A DNA stretch of 64,000 nucleotides from Longimicrobiales bacterium (lineage in GTDB: Bacteria; Gemmatimonadota; Gemmatimonadetes; Longimicrobiales; Gaopeijiaceae). Shown here one piece after another: positions 39,401-47,681 of the stretch. The notes under the pieces were generated by a model. It was given only the letters and a program-made list of their open reading frames with translations, had not been told where the DNA came from and did no database searches. The DNA lies in the NCBI GenBank assembly GCA_965116905.1, contig OZ220732.1, positions 1,344,001 through 1,408,000 on the forward strand, written 5' to 3'. The translations under genes and the position numbers were made by a program. Each line of letters starts with the position of its first letter. The first letter of the stretch is position 1.

Positions 39401-40129
39401 GGGAACGCGGTAGACGTTGCCGCTGCCGAGTGCGACGTCGCGGTTGGAGACGATCAGCAGTTCCTCGCCGTTCGGCAGCCACGCGGGGGAGATGTGCATG
39501 TCCCAGGAGCCGAAGTACAGCCGGTCGCGGCCGAAGGAATTGTCGGACGTGACCGAGACTTCCGGCCCGGTCCAGCCGCCGTCGGCGAAGGGGCGGATGT
39601 AGACGTTGAAGTAGCCGCTCGGGGCGGTCGAGACGTAGGCGATCCGGCCGCCGTCCGGCGAGAAGCGGGGGTCGGTGTGGATGTGGGCGCCTTCGGTGAG
39701 ACGGTGGCGCTCGCCGGTGGCCGTGTTCATGACCTCGAGGTCGATCGTGCCGCCGCCGTCGTCCGCCGTGTAGAGCAGCCACGCGCCGTCGGGCGAGTAG
39801 TTGGGGGACGAATGGTAGTCGGGGCCGTACACGATCTCGTGGGCGTCGCCGGTCGCGATGTCGACCTCCCAGAGCGAGCCGCTCATCGCCACCGCGACGC
39901 GCTCGCCGCCGGGGTGCCACTCGGGGTACCAGGGCGATGAGGAGGGCGCCGGGGGGAAATGGAAGTTGTGCATGTAGTTGCCGCCGTGTGAGGCGGCGGG
40001 GTACGCGCGCTGCGCCGCGAGGGGGGCGGCGGCGAGGAGGAGGGCGGCGAGGGTGGCCAGGGTGGCCAGGGTGGCCAGGGTGGCGGCGGGAGTGCGCCGC
40101 CGCGCGACGAAGGAGCCGATTCGGGACAT
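36419..40129 (-). CDS. Large exported fusion: TolB-like (PD40) propeller, CehA/McbA-type PHP metallohydrolase and Ycf48/BNR propeller
   Basis: Repeated PxxSPDG motifs; SGSTHVHM, GQEY, GHV, AFTNPVWV; C-terminal RTxDGGxxW Asp-boxes. Confidence 0.8.
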   Translation of the reverse strand: MSRIGSFVARRRTPAATLATLATLATLAALLLAAAPLAAQRAYPAASHGGNYMHNFHFPPAPSSSPWYPEWHPGGERVAVAMSGSLWEVDIATGDAHEIVYGPDYHSSPNYSPDGAWLLYTADDGGGTIDLEVMNTATGERHRLTEGAHIHTDPRFSPDGGRIAYVSTAPSGYFNVYIRPFADGGWTGPEVSVTSDNSFGRDRLYFGSWDMHISPAWLPNGEELLIVSNRDVALGSGNVYRVPARAGGIEDRQLVLAEQTLYRTQPHVSYDGQRFVYSSTAGAADQFQNLYVQPTTGGEPYKLTFFDHDAFHPRWSPDAEWIAFVANGGGPVAGDAPTAEDGPTAGDGPAAEGGPAAAGGPQHPTGLPQLYLLEANGGRLRRVDITERHWARPTGTLAVTTVDREGEPLASRIHLTAADGKFHAPADAYARVAREGDRIFHHPGSFTVDLPAGEAEMTVVRGFETAPVTYTATVRPGETTVMEVTLTEISDLSDEGWFSGSTHVHMNYAGNLRNSLANLMMMSAAEDQDVVAEQVANKDNRILDHQYWIPGGGPHPLSEPDRLLVVGQEYRPPFYGHVFMFGHREHLIAPYAMGYEGTGIESLYPSNTDMMLKAKAQGATTAYVHSFYNGDPLEGNLGGAKGFIVDAALAAADAVEWSTPQDGWPPVYAVWSSGIRATVVGGEDSISSLHATPLVGSMRTYVRTPDGELTMDGWFQGIRDGNSFVSSGPLIAFTVDGRGPGEEVDLDRPGEVQVRGRVWSVVPMERVELVVDGDVVRTWELTGDRKSLDIDDTLSMGASGWIHLRVEGAPEDRWPLDTSYPQAFTNPVWVTVAGRPIRSADAADYALRWIDKLQLMAELWPGWRSEREEEHVFRQFEEAREVYRRRGAEAEDDAGRAGGDPGTARNPGTPAPTVTGQSSGTTEVLQAISPVSAETVWASGHGGAILRTVDGGEAWQRVAAPAGDSLQFRDIHGFSSRAAIALTAGTGPASRIYRTADSGETWTLRFLMDAPEGFLDCLDFWDGERGFAYGDSFDGVPYILLTEDGGRSWARVPADAAPAANEGEGGFAASGTCARAGDSGRGWIGTGASGSARILATDDYGATWSEVAVPMATGDAAGIFTLAMADGSPVMALGGDLGARGEVVEANAAVTRDGGRSWTAASPVPIAGAVYGSAVGRWGPYRNIVAVAPPGAAFTADMGVTWQPLDGVSAWAVEFAPGGRVGWAAGEGGQIWRIEW

Positions 40130-40294
40130 GCTCGCATCCGGGCGGGGGGTGGTGCCGCGCCCGGGTGGGGTGGGCACGGGCGTGCAGGGATCGTACCGCG
40201 CGGAGGGGGGGTGGGCCAGTGACGGCCGGTTTGCCACCGGCGGCACGGGGTGGCTACATATCCCGGCGGAACATCCCGCAGGCTCGTTGTCGAA

Positions 40295-40333
40295 TGTCAA
40301 CTAAAGGTTACGTATTGTAATGTTTACTTTACA
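40295..40333. repeat. 39-bp double-palindrome element, copy 3 (contains the amidase ATG)
   Basis: TGTCAACTAAAGGTTACG-tat-TGTAATGTTTACTTTACA. Confidence 0.8.
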
Positions 40334-41912
40334 TTTGTGGTCGCTCTTCAAGCCCCATCATACGCTCGCGGCGCTCAGCCTGACCTTCGCGTTCGGCGGC
40401 AACCCGCTGGGGGGCCAGAGCTTCGAGCTCGAAGAGGCGACGATCGCCGAGGTCCACGCCGCCTTCCTCTCGGGCGACCTCACCTGTGTGGACCTCGTGC
40501 AGTCGTACCTGGACCGGATCGCCGCGTACGACAACCAGGGCCCGCGGCTCAACACGATCGCGACCCTGAACCCGCGCGCCCTCGACGAAGCGGCGCGGCT
40601 GGACGAGGCGCTCGCGGCCGGCGGGCTTACTGGGCCGCTGCACTGTATTCCGGTGCTGCTGAAGGACCAGGTCGAGACCAGCGACATGCCCACGACCTAC
40701 GGCTCCGCGCTCTTCGCGGAGTTTGTGCCGGAGCGGGACGCGACAATAGTCAAACGGGTCAGGGAGGCGGGCGCGATCATCCACGCCAAGACCAACATGG
40801 GCGAGTTCGCGTCGCGCTACGTGGGGTCGGGATTCGGCGTGATCCGCAACGCGTACGACCCGCGCCGCAACCCCAGCGGCTCGTCGGGCGGCACCAGCGT
40901 GGGCATCGCGGCCAACCTCGGCATGGTCGGGATCGGCGAGGACACGGGCGGCTCGATCCGCGGTCCGGCGGCGGTGGCGTCGTTGGTCGGTCTGCGGCCC
41001 ACCCTGGAGCTTGTGAGCCGCTTCGGCCTGATGCCCGCCAACCCCACGACCGACACGCAGGGCCCGATCACGCGCACGGTCATGGACGCGGCCATTCTGC
41101 TCGGCGTCATCGCGGGGTACGATCCGAACGATCCCGTGACCGCCCGTGCGGTGGGGCGTGTGCCGGAGGCGTATGAGAGCGGACTTGGCAGCGAGGGGTT
41201 GCAGGGCGCGCGCATCGGAGTCATCCGCGACGCCATGGACGAGTCGGTGGATCCGGGCTCTGAGGGGTTCCGGCAGGTGCGCTCCCGCGTCGACGCGGCG
41301 GTGGCCGATCTGCGGCGGCTCGGGGCCCAGGTCGTGGACCCGGTCACGATCGAGGGAATCGAGACGGTGAACCGGGTGTTCGGGAGCAACTCGTACGAGA
41401 CCGAGGAGGCGACCGACAACTACCTGTCCGAACATGCAAGCGCCCCGTACAAGACGCTGCGCTCGATTCTGCTCAGCGGGCGGGTGACGCCGTGGCGCGC
41501 GGCGGGTCTCGCGAACTCGCTGGGCAAGTCGACCGGCGACCCTGGGTACCTGGAGTACCTGCTCGGCCGCGACCGGATTCGGCAGAACGTGCTCGTGGCC
41601 ATGGCCGAACAAGACCTCGACGCTCTCGTCTACGCCACCTTCGACCACCAAGTGACGCTGATCGCCGAGGACGCCGAGACGAATCCCGCGCCAGCCGATC
41701 AGTACGGCCTGGGCGACAACCGGCTGTTGAGCCCGGTGACGGGGTTCCCGGCGCTGACGGTGCCTGCGGGGTTCACGCCGGACGGGCTACCCGTGGGGAT
41801 CGAGTTCCTGGGGCGCCCGTTCACCGAGGCGATGCTGCTGCGGTTCGGCTATGCGTTCGAACAGGGGACGGGGTATCGGCGACCGCCGGAGAGTGCGCCA
41901 CCGCTGGGTTAG
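40320..41912 (+). CDS. Amidase-signature family enzyme (exported)
   Basis: GPLHCIPVLLKD, KTNM, SGSSGG, GEDTGGSIRGP, GLPVG; signal-like N-terminus. Confidence 0.92.
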   Translation: MFTLHLWSLFKPHHTLAALSLTFAFGGNPLGGQSFELEEATIAEVHAAFLSGDLTCVDLVQSYLDRIAAYDNQGPRLNTIATLNPRALDEAARLDEALAAGGLTGPLHCIPVLLKDQVETSDMPTTYGSALFAEFVPERDATIVKRVREAGAIIHAKTNMGEFASRYVGSGFGVIRNAYDPRRNPSGSSGGTSVGIAANLGMVGIGEDTGGSIRGPAAVASLVGLRPTLELVSRFGLMPANPTTDTQGPITRTVMDAAILLGVIAGYDPNDPVTARAVGRVPEAYESGLGSEGLQGARIGVIRDAMDESVDPGSEGFRQVRSRVDAAVADLRRLGAQVVDPVTIEGIETVNRVFGSNSYETEEATDNYLSEHASAPYKTLRSILLSGRVTPWRAAGLANSLGKSTGDPGYLEYLLGRDRIRQNVLVAMAEQDLDALVYATFDHQVTLIAEDAETNPAPADQYGLGDNRLLSPVTGFPALTVPAGFTPDGLPVGIEFLGRPFTEAMLLRFGYAFEQGTGYRRPPESAPPLG

Positions 41913-43372
41913 CCGCCGCGCCGCCGCATTGCGAAGACACCGTTCAGGTAGTGCGTCGCGCGACCGTTGCCATCGTCGCCCCAGAAGGCGACGTCCCAGC
42001 CGCGGTTGCCGCCCATCGCCGGATTGCGGGGCAGAAACCGGTCGCCGCCGAGCGGGATGAGTTCGGACTCCAACGTGCTGCCGACCTCCGACCGCGCCAT
42101 CAGCCGGTCACTATCCACGGAGAACGAGAACCGGCTACCAAACGCCTCGAACTGCCCCACGTAGCGCTCGAGTTCGACCTCCTGGGGCGTCACCGTGTCC
42201 GGCTTCGGTGTCTGGGGCTTGTCGATGCCGAAGACCTCCGGAAACAGGGTGTCGAACACCTTGTCGGCCAGCGGGTAGCCCTGGCTCGGCACGTTGGCGA
42301 TCGTTGCGGCCGCGACGCCTCTGCTCGGACACCAGAGCAGCAGTGAGGACCCCCCGCTGTTGGTGCCGCTGTGCCCGTAGATCACCTCGCCGCCCCAGCG
42401 CTTCCAGTACGGCCCCGTGCACCACCTCTGGGCGATGATCCGGGTCGGCATGTCGATCTCGGGCGTGTGCATCGTCTCGACGGCTCCCTCCGACAGCACC
42501 TGCCGCCCGTCGGCCGAGCGTCCATCCCGCAGGAACATCCGGGCGAATCGCACGAGGTCGCCGGCGCTGCAGCACAGGGTTGCCCCGGCCGGGGCGATGC
42601 TGCGCGGCAGCCCCCAGAACGGCACCCGCTCGCCTTCGGGGTTGGCGGGGGTCGGCGAGTAGCCGAGCGCTACCGGGTGAAAGAGCAGGTCCTCCGGGAA
42701 GGTCGCCGAGTGCTCGAGCCCCAGCGGCTGGAGGATGCGTTCGGCGAGCAGGGTCTCCCAGTTCCTGCCCATCACCCGCTGGGCCACAAACCCGGCGACG
42801 GCGGTACCCGCGTTCGAGTAGCCGTAGGCCGTGCCCGGCTCGAAGATGACGGGCAGCTCGGCAAGTGAAGCGACGTACCGGCCCAGCGCGTCATCGCCGC
42901 GGCCGTGATCCGTGTACGGCCCGTTGTCGAGCCCCGACGACATCGAGAGCAGTTGGCGCAGGGTCATGTCCACGGGCGGGACATCGCTCGTGAGCGACGC
43001 GCCGTCGAGGTAGCTTGCGACGGGTCCGTCCAGGTCGAGCGTGCCCTCGTCGACCAGGGCCATGACCACGGCGGCGTTGAAGACCTTGGTCGTCGAGCCG
43101 ATCTGGAACAGCGTGTCCGGCGTGACGGCCACGTTGCGTTCACGAATCGCCAGACCGGTCGCGAACTCCTGGACCGACTCGCCGTCGAACACCGCGAGCT
43201 GGGCACCGACGATGCCGAGGCTCTCGGCCGATTCGTCGAGGAGCTGCTGGAGGTCGCGCCGGTCAAAACGCACCTGCGGCGGAGCGGAGATTGCCGCGAG
43301 GTGTCGCGCTGACGCGACGATCGGCAGGGCAGCCGCGGCCGCACCGGCCTTGAGTAGTGACCGTCGGTTCAT
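41909..43372 (-). CDS. Tat-exported serine hydrolase (class C beta-lactamase family)
   Basis: NRRSLLK Tat motif, FQIGSTTK (SxxK), YSN, HSG. Confidence 0.9.
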   Translation of the reverse strand: MNRRSLLKAGAAAAALPIVASARHLAAISAPPQVRFDRRDLQQLLDESAESLGIVGAQLAVFDGESVQEFATGLAIRERNVAVTPDTLFQIGSTTKVFNAAVVMALVDEGTLDLDGPVASYLDGASLTSDVPPVDMTLRQLLSMSSGLDNGPYTDHGRGDDALGRYVASLAELPVIFEPGTAYGYSNAGTAVAGFVAQRVMGRNWETLLAERILQPLGLEHSATFPEDLLFHPVALGYSPTPANPEGERVPFWGLPRSIAPAGATLCCSAGDLVRFARMFLRDGRSADGRQVLSEGAVETMHTPEIDMPTRIIAQRWCTGPYWKRWGGEVIYGHSGTNSGGSSLLLWCPSRGVAAATIANVPSQGYPLADKVFDTLFPEVFGIDKPQTPKPDTVTPQEVELERYVGQFEAFGSRFSFSVDSDRLMARSEVGSTLESELIPLGGDRFLPRNPAMGGNRGWDVAFWGDDGNGRATHYLNGVFAMRRRGG

Positions 43373-43617
43373 CTGGCACTCTCCATGTTCGTGGTCCGTG
43401 ACCGCATCCGGCCGGAGAAGGGCTTGCTCGGTACCCTTCCCGTCTCCTCACAGAATTCGAGGTAGTCATCGACGGCGCGTCGCATCGACTCCTTCAACTC
43501 ATCGACAGAGGATCCTTCGAAGTTGATTCCGTCTCGCGTGTCCACGACATGACCCGAGAAAAACTCGTATTCCTCATCGTACTCGAAGACGCCCGTGTAG
43601 CCGCGGTACTCGATCAT
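43369..43617 (-). pseudogene. hicB: HicB-family antitoxin, C-terminally truncated
   Basis: MIEYRGYTG..FEG.SVDEL..AVDDYL..C...KPFSG, then similarity ends; the RHH domain seen in the 57223 paralog is absent. Confidence 0.75.
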
Positions 43618-43817
43618 GGTCTCACCCCTGCACGTTCCAGGAACACACGCAACCGCTTGACGAGACCCTTTCCGCACTCGGGACGGGGATGGGGTCTATG
43701 CACGGTCTCGACCTCTCCGTTCAAGACGATGATCACGGATGATCCCCGTCTCTCGTGAACCTCGGCACCCAGAGCGCGGAACATATCAAGGATGGTCTGA
43801 CACGGCGATCTTGCCAT
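43614..43817 (-). pseudogene. hicA: HicA-family toxin, apparently lacking its N-terminus
   Basis: FRALGAEVHERRGS..HRPHPRPE..FLERAGVRP; ATGA overlap with hicB. Confidence 0.7.
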
Positions 43818-43894
43818 GGCGACACCTGAACCGTAGGCTGGCCTCACGGGCACGGGAATGTTCCGTTGCGCCCACTATGGCACGGGAGGCGCTC

Positions 43895-45118
43895 ATGAAG
43901 CCGCATCCTCTCCTGGCCTTGATGTCCCTGGCCGCGTTTGCCTGCGACCAGGGCCAGGAATCTGCGCCCTTCCCCACCACCCAGGTCCGCGACAGCGCGG
44001 GAATCCGGATCGTCGAGAACCCGCGTCCGTCGGACAGGTCGCGGCTCCCCTGGCGGATCGGTCCGGAGCCCGCCGTGTCCATCGGTGCCGTGGAGGGCGA
44101 CGAGCCCTACATGCTCGTCGGGGCCATCGACGCCACCAGGCTAAGCGACGGTCGCATCGTCGTTGTGAATGGCGGAACGAGCGAGCTGCGCGTGTTCGAC
44201 GCAGTGGGGGATCACGTCGCAACCTGGGGCGGCCGCGGAGAGGGTCCGGGCGAATTCGGAGGCCTCTACGCGGTCGAGCGATGGCCGGGAAACTCGATCA
44301 TCGCCTGGTACACAACGCGCCTGGGGATTTCGGCCTTCGACGCGCAGGGGAACTACGGCCGCACGTGGGAACTCGTGCAGGAGGGGTCCATCCCGCTAAT
44401 GCTTGGCTTCCGGCCCGAGTACGCGATGCACGACGGCTCGATTCTCGCGGTTCACATGCCCGAGTCTTCGGATACCGTCGTCGTTCAGCTCAGGGACGGT
44501 GAGGGAAGGATACGGGGTTCGCTAGGGACGCACAGGGTCGCCGAACCGTATATCCATTCCCCGGGAACCGACCAATCACTGCTGCTCGAGAAGACCTTCG
44601 GGCACGAACCGGTCTGGACACCGTGGGGAGGCCTGGTCGTTATCGCCCACACGGGTCGGTACGAACTGAGGGCCTTCGCGGCGGACGGTTCTCTGGCGCG
44701 GATCGTCAGGCGCGACCATGTGCCCCGTTCTCCGACCCCGGCCCAGATCGAGGCTTACATCGAGGGACAACTCGCCTGGACCACCGACGTGGCCGAGAGC
44801 CAGAGAGCGCGGTGGCGTGAGGGATACGAGTCGGCGCCGGTAGCGGAGCACCTTCCGGCGTTCGAGTCGGTCATGTCCGACGCGGCGGGCCACCTTTGGG
44901 TTGCGGAATACGAGTTCTCAACGGCGGCTCGGGGCACATACGAGGAGCGACCGCCCCGACTCTGGACGGTTTTCGATCCGGAAGGCAGGGTGTTGGGCAA
45001 TGTCGAGACGCCGGAGGACCTGTGGATCCACGAAATCGGCGAAGACTACATCCTTGGCGTGGTTCTCGACGAACTCAATGTGGAGTATGTACAGGTGTGG
45101 ACGCTCGAGCGGCTATGA
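43895..45118 (+). CDS. 6-bladed beta-propeller lipoprotein, paralog 1
   Basis: Lipobox AFAC, RDSAGIRIVEN, GEGPGEF, WTVFDPEG, EIGEDY. Confidence 0.85.
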   Translation: MKPHPLLALMSLAAFACDQGQESAPFPTTQVRDSAGIRIVENPRPSDRSRLPWRIGPEPAVSIGAVEGDEPYMLVGAIDATRLSDGRIVVVNGGTSELRVFDAVGDHVATWGGRGEGPGEFGGLYAVERWPGNSIIAWYTTRLGISAFDAQGNYGRTWELVQEGSIPLMLGFRPEYAMHDGSILAVHMPESSDTVVVQLRDGEGRIRGSLGTHRVAEPYIHSPGTDQSLLLEKTFGHEPVWTPWGGLVVIAHTGRYELRAFAADGSLARIVRRDHVPRSPTPAQIEAYIEGQLAWTTDVAESQRARWREGYESAPVAEHLPAFESVMSDAAGHLWVAEYEFSTAARGTYEERPPRLWTVFDPEGRVLGNVETPEDLWIHEIGEDYILGVVLDELNVEYVQVWTLERL

Positions 45119-45207
45119 TCCGCGTTGCGGGAACGATGCTTCAGGATAGGCTGGCCCTTTGGGCGCGCGAATGTTCAGATGGGCCTAATTTCCACCGGGA
45201 GGCTTTT

Positions 45208-46410
45208 GTGAGGCTGAATCCTCTCCTTGGCCTGATGTCTGTGGCCGCGCTTGCCTGTGAGCAGGGCCGGCAATCACCGCTCTCTCTCCCCACTCAAACA
45301 CGCGACAGCGCGGGAATCCGGATCGTCGAGAACGCGCAGCCGCCGGAGGGGTCGCGGCTCTCGTGGCGGATCGGCCCGGAGCCCGCCGTCTCCATCGGAG
45401 CCGTTGAAGGCGACGAGCCCTACATGCTCGACGGGGCCATCGACGCCACCAGGCTGAGCGACGGACGCATCGTCGTCGCCAACGTGGGCACACAGGAGCT
45501 GCGGGTCTTCGACCCAGCGGGGAACCATCTCGCGACCTGGGGTGGCCAGGGGGAGGGGCCGGGGGAATTCACGGGTCTCTGGCAGGTGGAGCCGTGGCCG
45601 GGCGACTCGATCGTGGCCTGGAGTGCACCACGCTTCGGGATCTCGGTCTTCGATGGGCGGGGGACCTACGCTCGCACGTTCAGGCTGGTGCACGACGAAG
45701 CCACATCACCGATGCAGCGCTTCTGGCCACAGTCGACGACGCGAGACGGAGCCCTTCTCGCGGTGCACGGGCCCGAAGACGCGGACACAGTCGTCGTTCA
45801 ACTCAGAGACGGCCAAGGCGGAGTCCGGAGCTCGTTCGGCACCCATCCCGGCAGTGAGCCATACATCCACCGCGAGGGGGACCGGTCGATGCTGTTCTGG
45901 AAGATCTTCGGGCGGCAGTCGGTGTGGAGTCCGTGGAGCGACCTGACCGTCGTCGCCCACACCGGCCGCTACGAACTCACGGCGTTCGGTTCCGATGGGT
46001 CCCTGAGCCGGATCGTCAGGCGAGATCATATCCCGCGCGCGCCCTCGGAGACTGACGTCGAAGCCTTTGTCGAGTGGCAGATCGGGCGCAGCAGGCGCAG
46101 CTCCGAGAGCGAAATGGCCGAGTCGCGACGGCGGTATCGGAGCGTGCCGGTCGCCGAGCACTTTCCGGCTTTCGAGTCGATCTTGAGCGATGCCCGCAAC
46201 CACCTCTGGGTTGAGGAATACGAGCTGCCGGGAGAAGAGGAGCCGGGAACGCTCTGGACCGTTTTCGATTCGGAAGGCCGCGCGCTGGGGTTCATGGAGA
46301 CGCCGGAGGGTCTGTGGATCCACGAGATCGGAGAGGACTATATCCTCGGCCGTGCCCTCGACGAACTCAATGTGGAGTACGTGCAGGTGTGGACGCTGGA
46401 GCGTTCCTAG
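45208..46410 (+). CDS. 6-bladed beta-propeller lipoprotein, paralog 2
   Basis: Same motifs; GGGAGG RBS before GTG; very similar to paralog 1. Confidence 0.85.
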   Translation: MRLNPLLGLMSVAALACEQGRQSPLSLPTQTRDSAGIRIVENAQPPEGSRLSWRIGPEPAVSIGAVEGDEPYMLDGAIDATRLSDGRIVVANVGTQELRVFDPAGNHLATWGGQGEGPGEFTGLWQVEPWPGDSIVAWSAPRFGISVFDGRGTYARTFRLVHDEATSPMQRFWPQSTTRDGALLAVHGPEDADTVVVQLRDGQGGVRSSFGTHPGSEPYIHREGDRSMLFWKIFGRQSVWSPWSDLTVVAHTGRYELTAFGSDGSLSRIVRRDHIPRAPSETDVEAFVEWQIGRSRRSSESEMAESRRRYRSVPVAEHFPAFESILSDARNHLWVEEYELPGEEEPGTLWTVFDSEGRALGFMETPEGLWIHEIGEDYILGRALDELNVEYVQVWTLERS

Positions 46411-46431
46411 GGCCGTCGGGGTAGGAGACGT

Positions 46432-47640
46432 ATGAGGATTCGCATTGTCGGTGTGATGCTCGCGCTCAGCGCGTTGGCCTGCCAGCAGGACCCCGGCACT
46501 CGTACCGCGCTGGCCAGTGCGGCCCGCGACAGCGCCGGCGTCCGGATCGTCGAGAACGCGCGGCCCCCGGACGGTTCGCGCCTGGGATGGACAATCGGAC
46601 CTGAACCTGCGGTTTCGATCGGTGTTTTCGAAGGCGAAGAGCCGTACATGCTGCACTGGGCCGACGATGCGACGCGGCTCCGGGACGGTCGGATTGTCGT
46701 GGCGAACAATGGGAGCAACGAACTGAGGGTGTTCGACGCAGACGGAACTCACGTGGCTACATGGGGCAGAGATGGGGAGGGGCCGTCGGACTTTGCTGCT
46801 CTCACGGAGGTAGATGCCTGGCCGGGCGACTCCATCATAGCCTGGTACACGGGTGCATTCGGAATGGCCGTTTACGACTCGGACGGGACTTTCGGGCGCA
46901 CGTTTGTGCTGCAGAGCCAGGAGAACGTCAATGGGCTCAGACCCCGACTTGACGCCGCGCGCGCGGATGGCACGTTGCTGTCGACAAGGGACGTGGAGGA
47001 CCTGGATTCAGCCATCGTAGAGGTATGGACGAGCCAAGGGGCGCTGTCCGCATCCATGGGAGCGCATCCCGCCGAGGAGATACTGATCACGGGCGAGGGA
47101 CGCGGACGAACGCTGAGCAGACTCGCGTACAGCCGCCAACTTGTCACAGGCCTGTGGGGCGACCTGGTTGTCATCAGTCACAACAGCCGCTACGAGATCA
47201 TGGCGTACCGCGTGGACGGCGTTCTCGACCGGGTCGTCAGGCGGGACCATTTGCTTCGATCCCCAACCGAGGCCGACCGCGAGCCCTTTGTCGAAGAACA
47301 GCTGTCGCTGCTTGAGGGCGCCGACATTCCCGAGTTCGTGGAGCGGGCAGCACGCCAGGAGTTCGAAACAACGCCCTTGGCCGACTTCTTCCCTGCCTTC
47401 GTGTCGGTCCTGGGCGACGCCGCCGGCCACCTCTGGTTGGAGGAGTACGAGTTCCCGCGAGAGAATCGCCCCGGCACGCTATGGACCGTGTTCGATCCCG
47501 AGGGAGACGCTCTCGGGTTTGTGGAGACGGCGGAGGGATTGGAGATCTACGAGATTGGTGAGGACTACATTCTGGGCCGGGTCAAGAACGAACTCGGCGT
47601 GGAGTCGATTCAGCTCTGGCCGCTGGACCGGTCCGGCTGA
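46432..47640 (+). CDS. 6-bladed beta-propeller lipoprotein, paralog 3
   Basis: ALAC lipobox, RDSAGVRIVEN, EIGEDY; AGGAG RBS. Confidence 0.85.
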   Translation: MRIRIVGVMLALSALACQQDPGTRTALASAARDSAGVRIVENARPPDGSRLGWTIGPEPAVSIGVFEGEEPYMLHWADDATRLRDGRIVVANNGSNELRVFDADGTHVATWGRDGEGPSDFAALTEVDAWPGDSIIAWYTGAFGMAVYDSDGTFGRTFVLQSQENVNGLRPRLDAARADGTLLSTRDVEDLDSAIVEVWTSQGALSASMGAHPAEEILITGEGRGRTLSRLAYSRQLVTGLWGDLVVISHNSRYEIMAYRVDGVLDRVVRRDHLLRSPTEADREPFVEEQLSLLEGADIPEFVERAARQEFETTPLADFFPAFVSVLGDAAGHLWLEEYEFPRENRPGTLWTVFDPEGDALGFVETAEGLEIYEIGEDYILGRVKNELGVESIQLWPLDRSG

Positions 47641-47681
47641 CGCCGGGAACAGCCCTCCAGGAGAGAAGGGACACAGGTTCG

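Noticed and set aside
41909..43372. Antibiotic-resistance beta-lactamase
   Set aside because: Motifs support only the broad serine hydrolase family; substrate cannot be inferred from the sequence.
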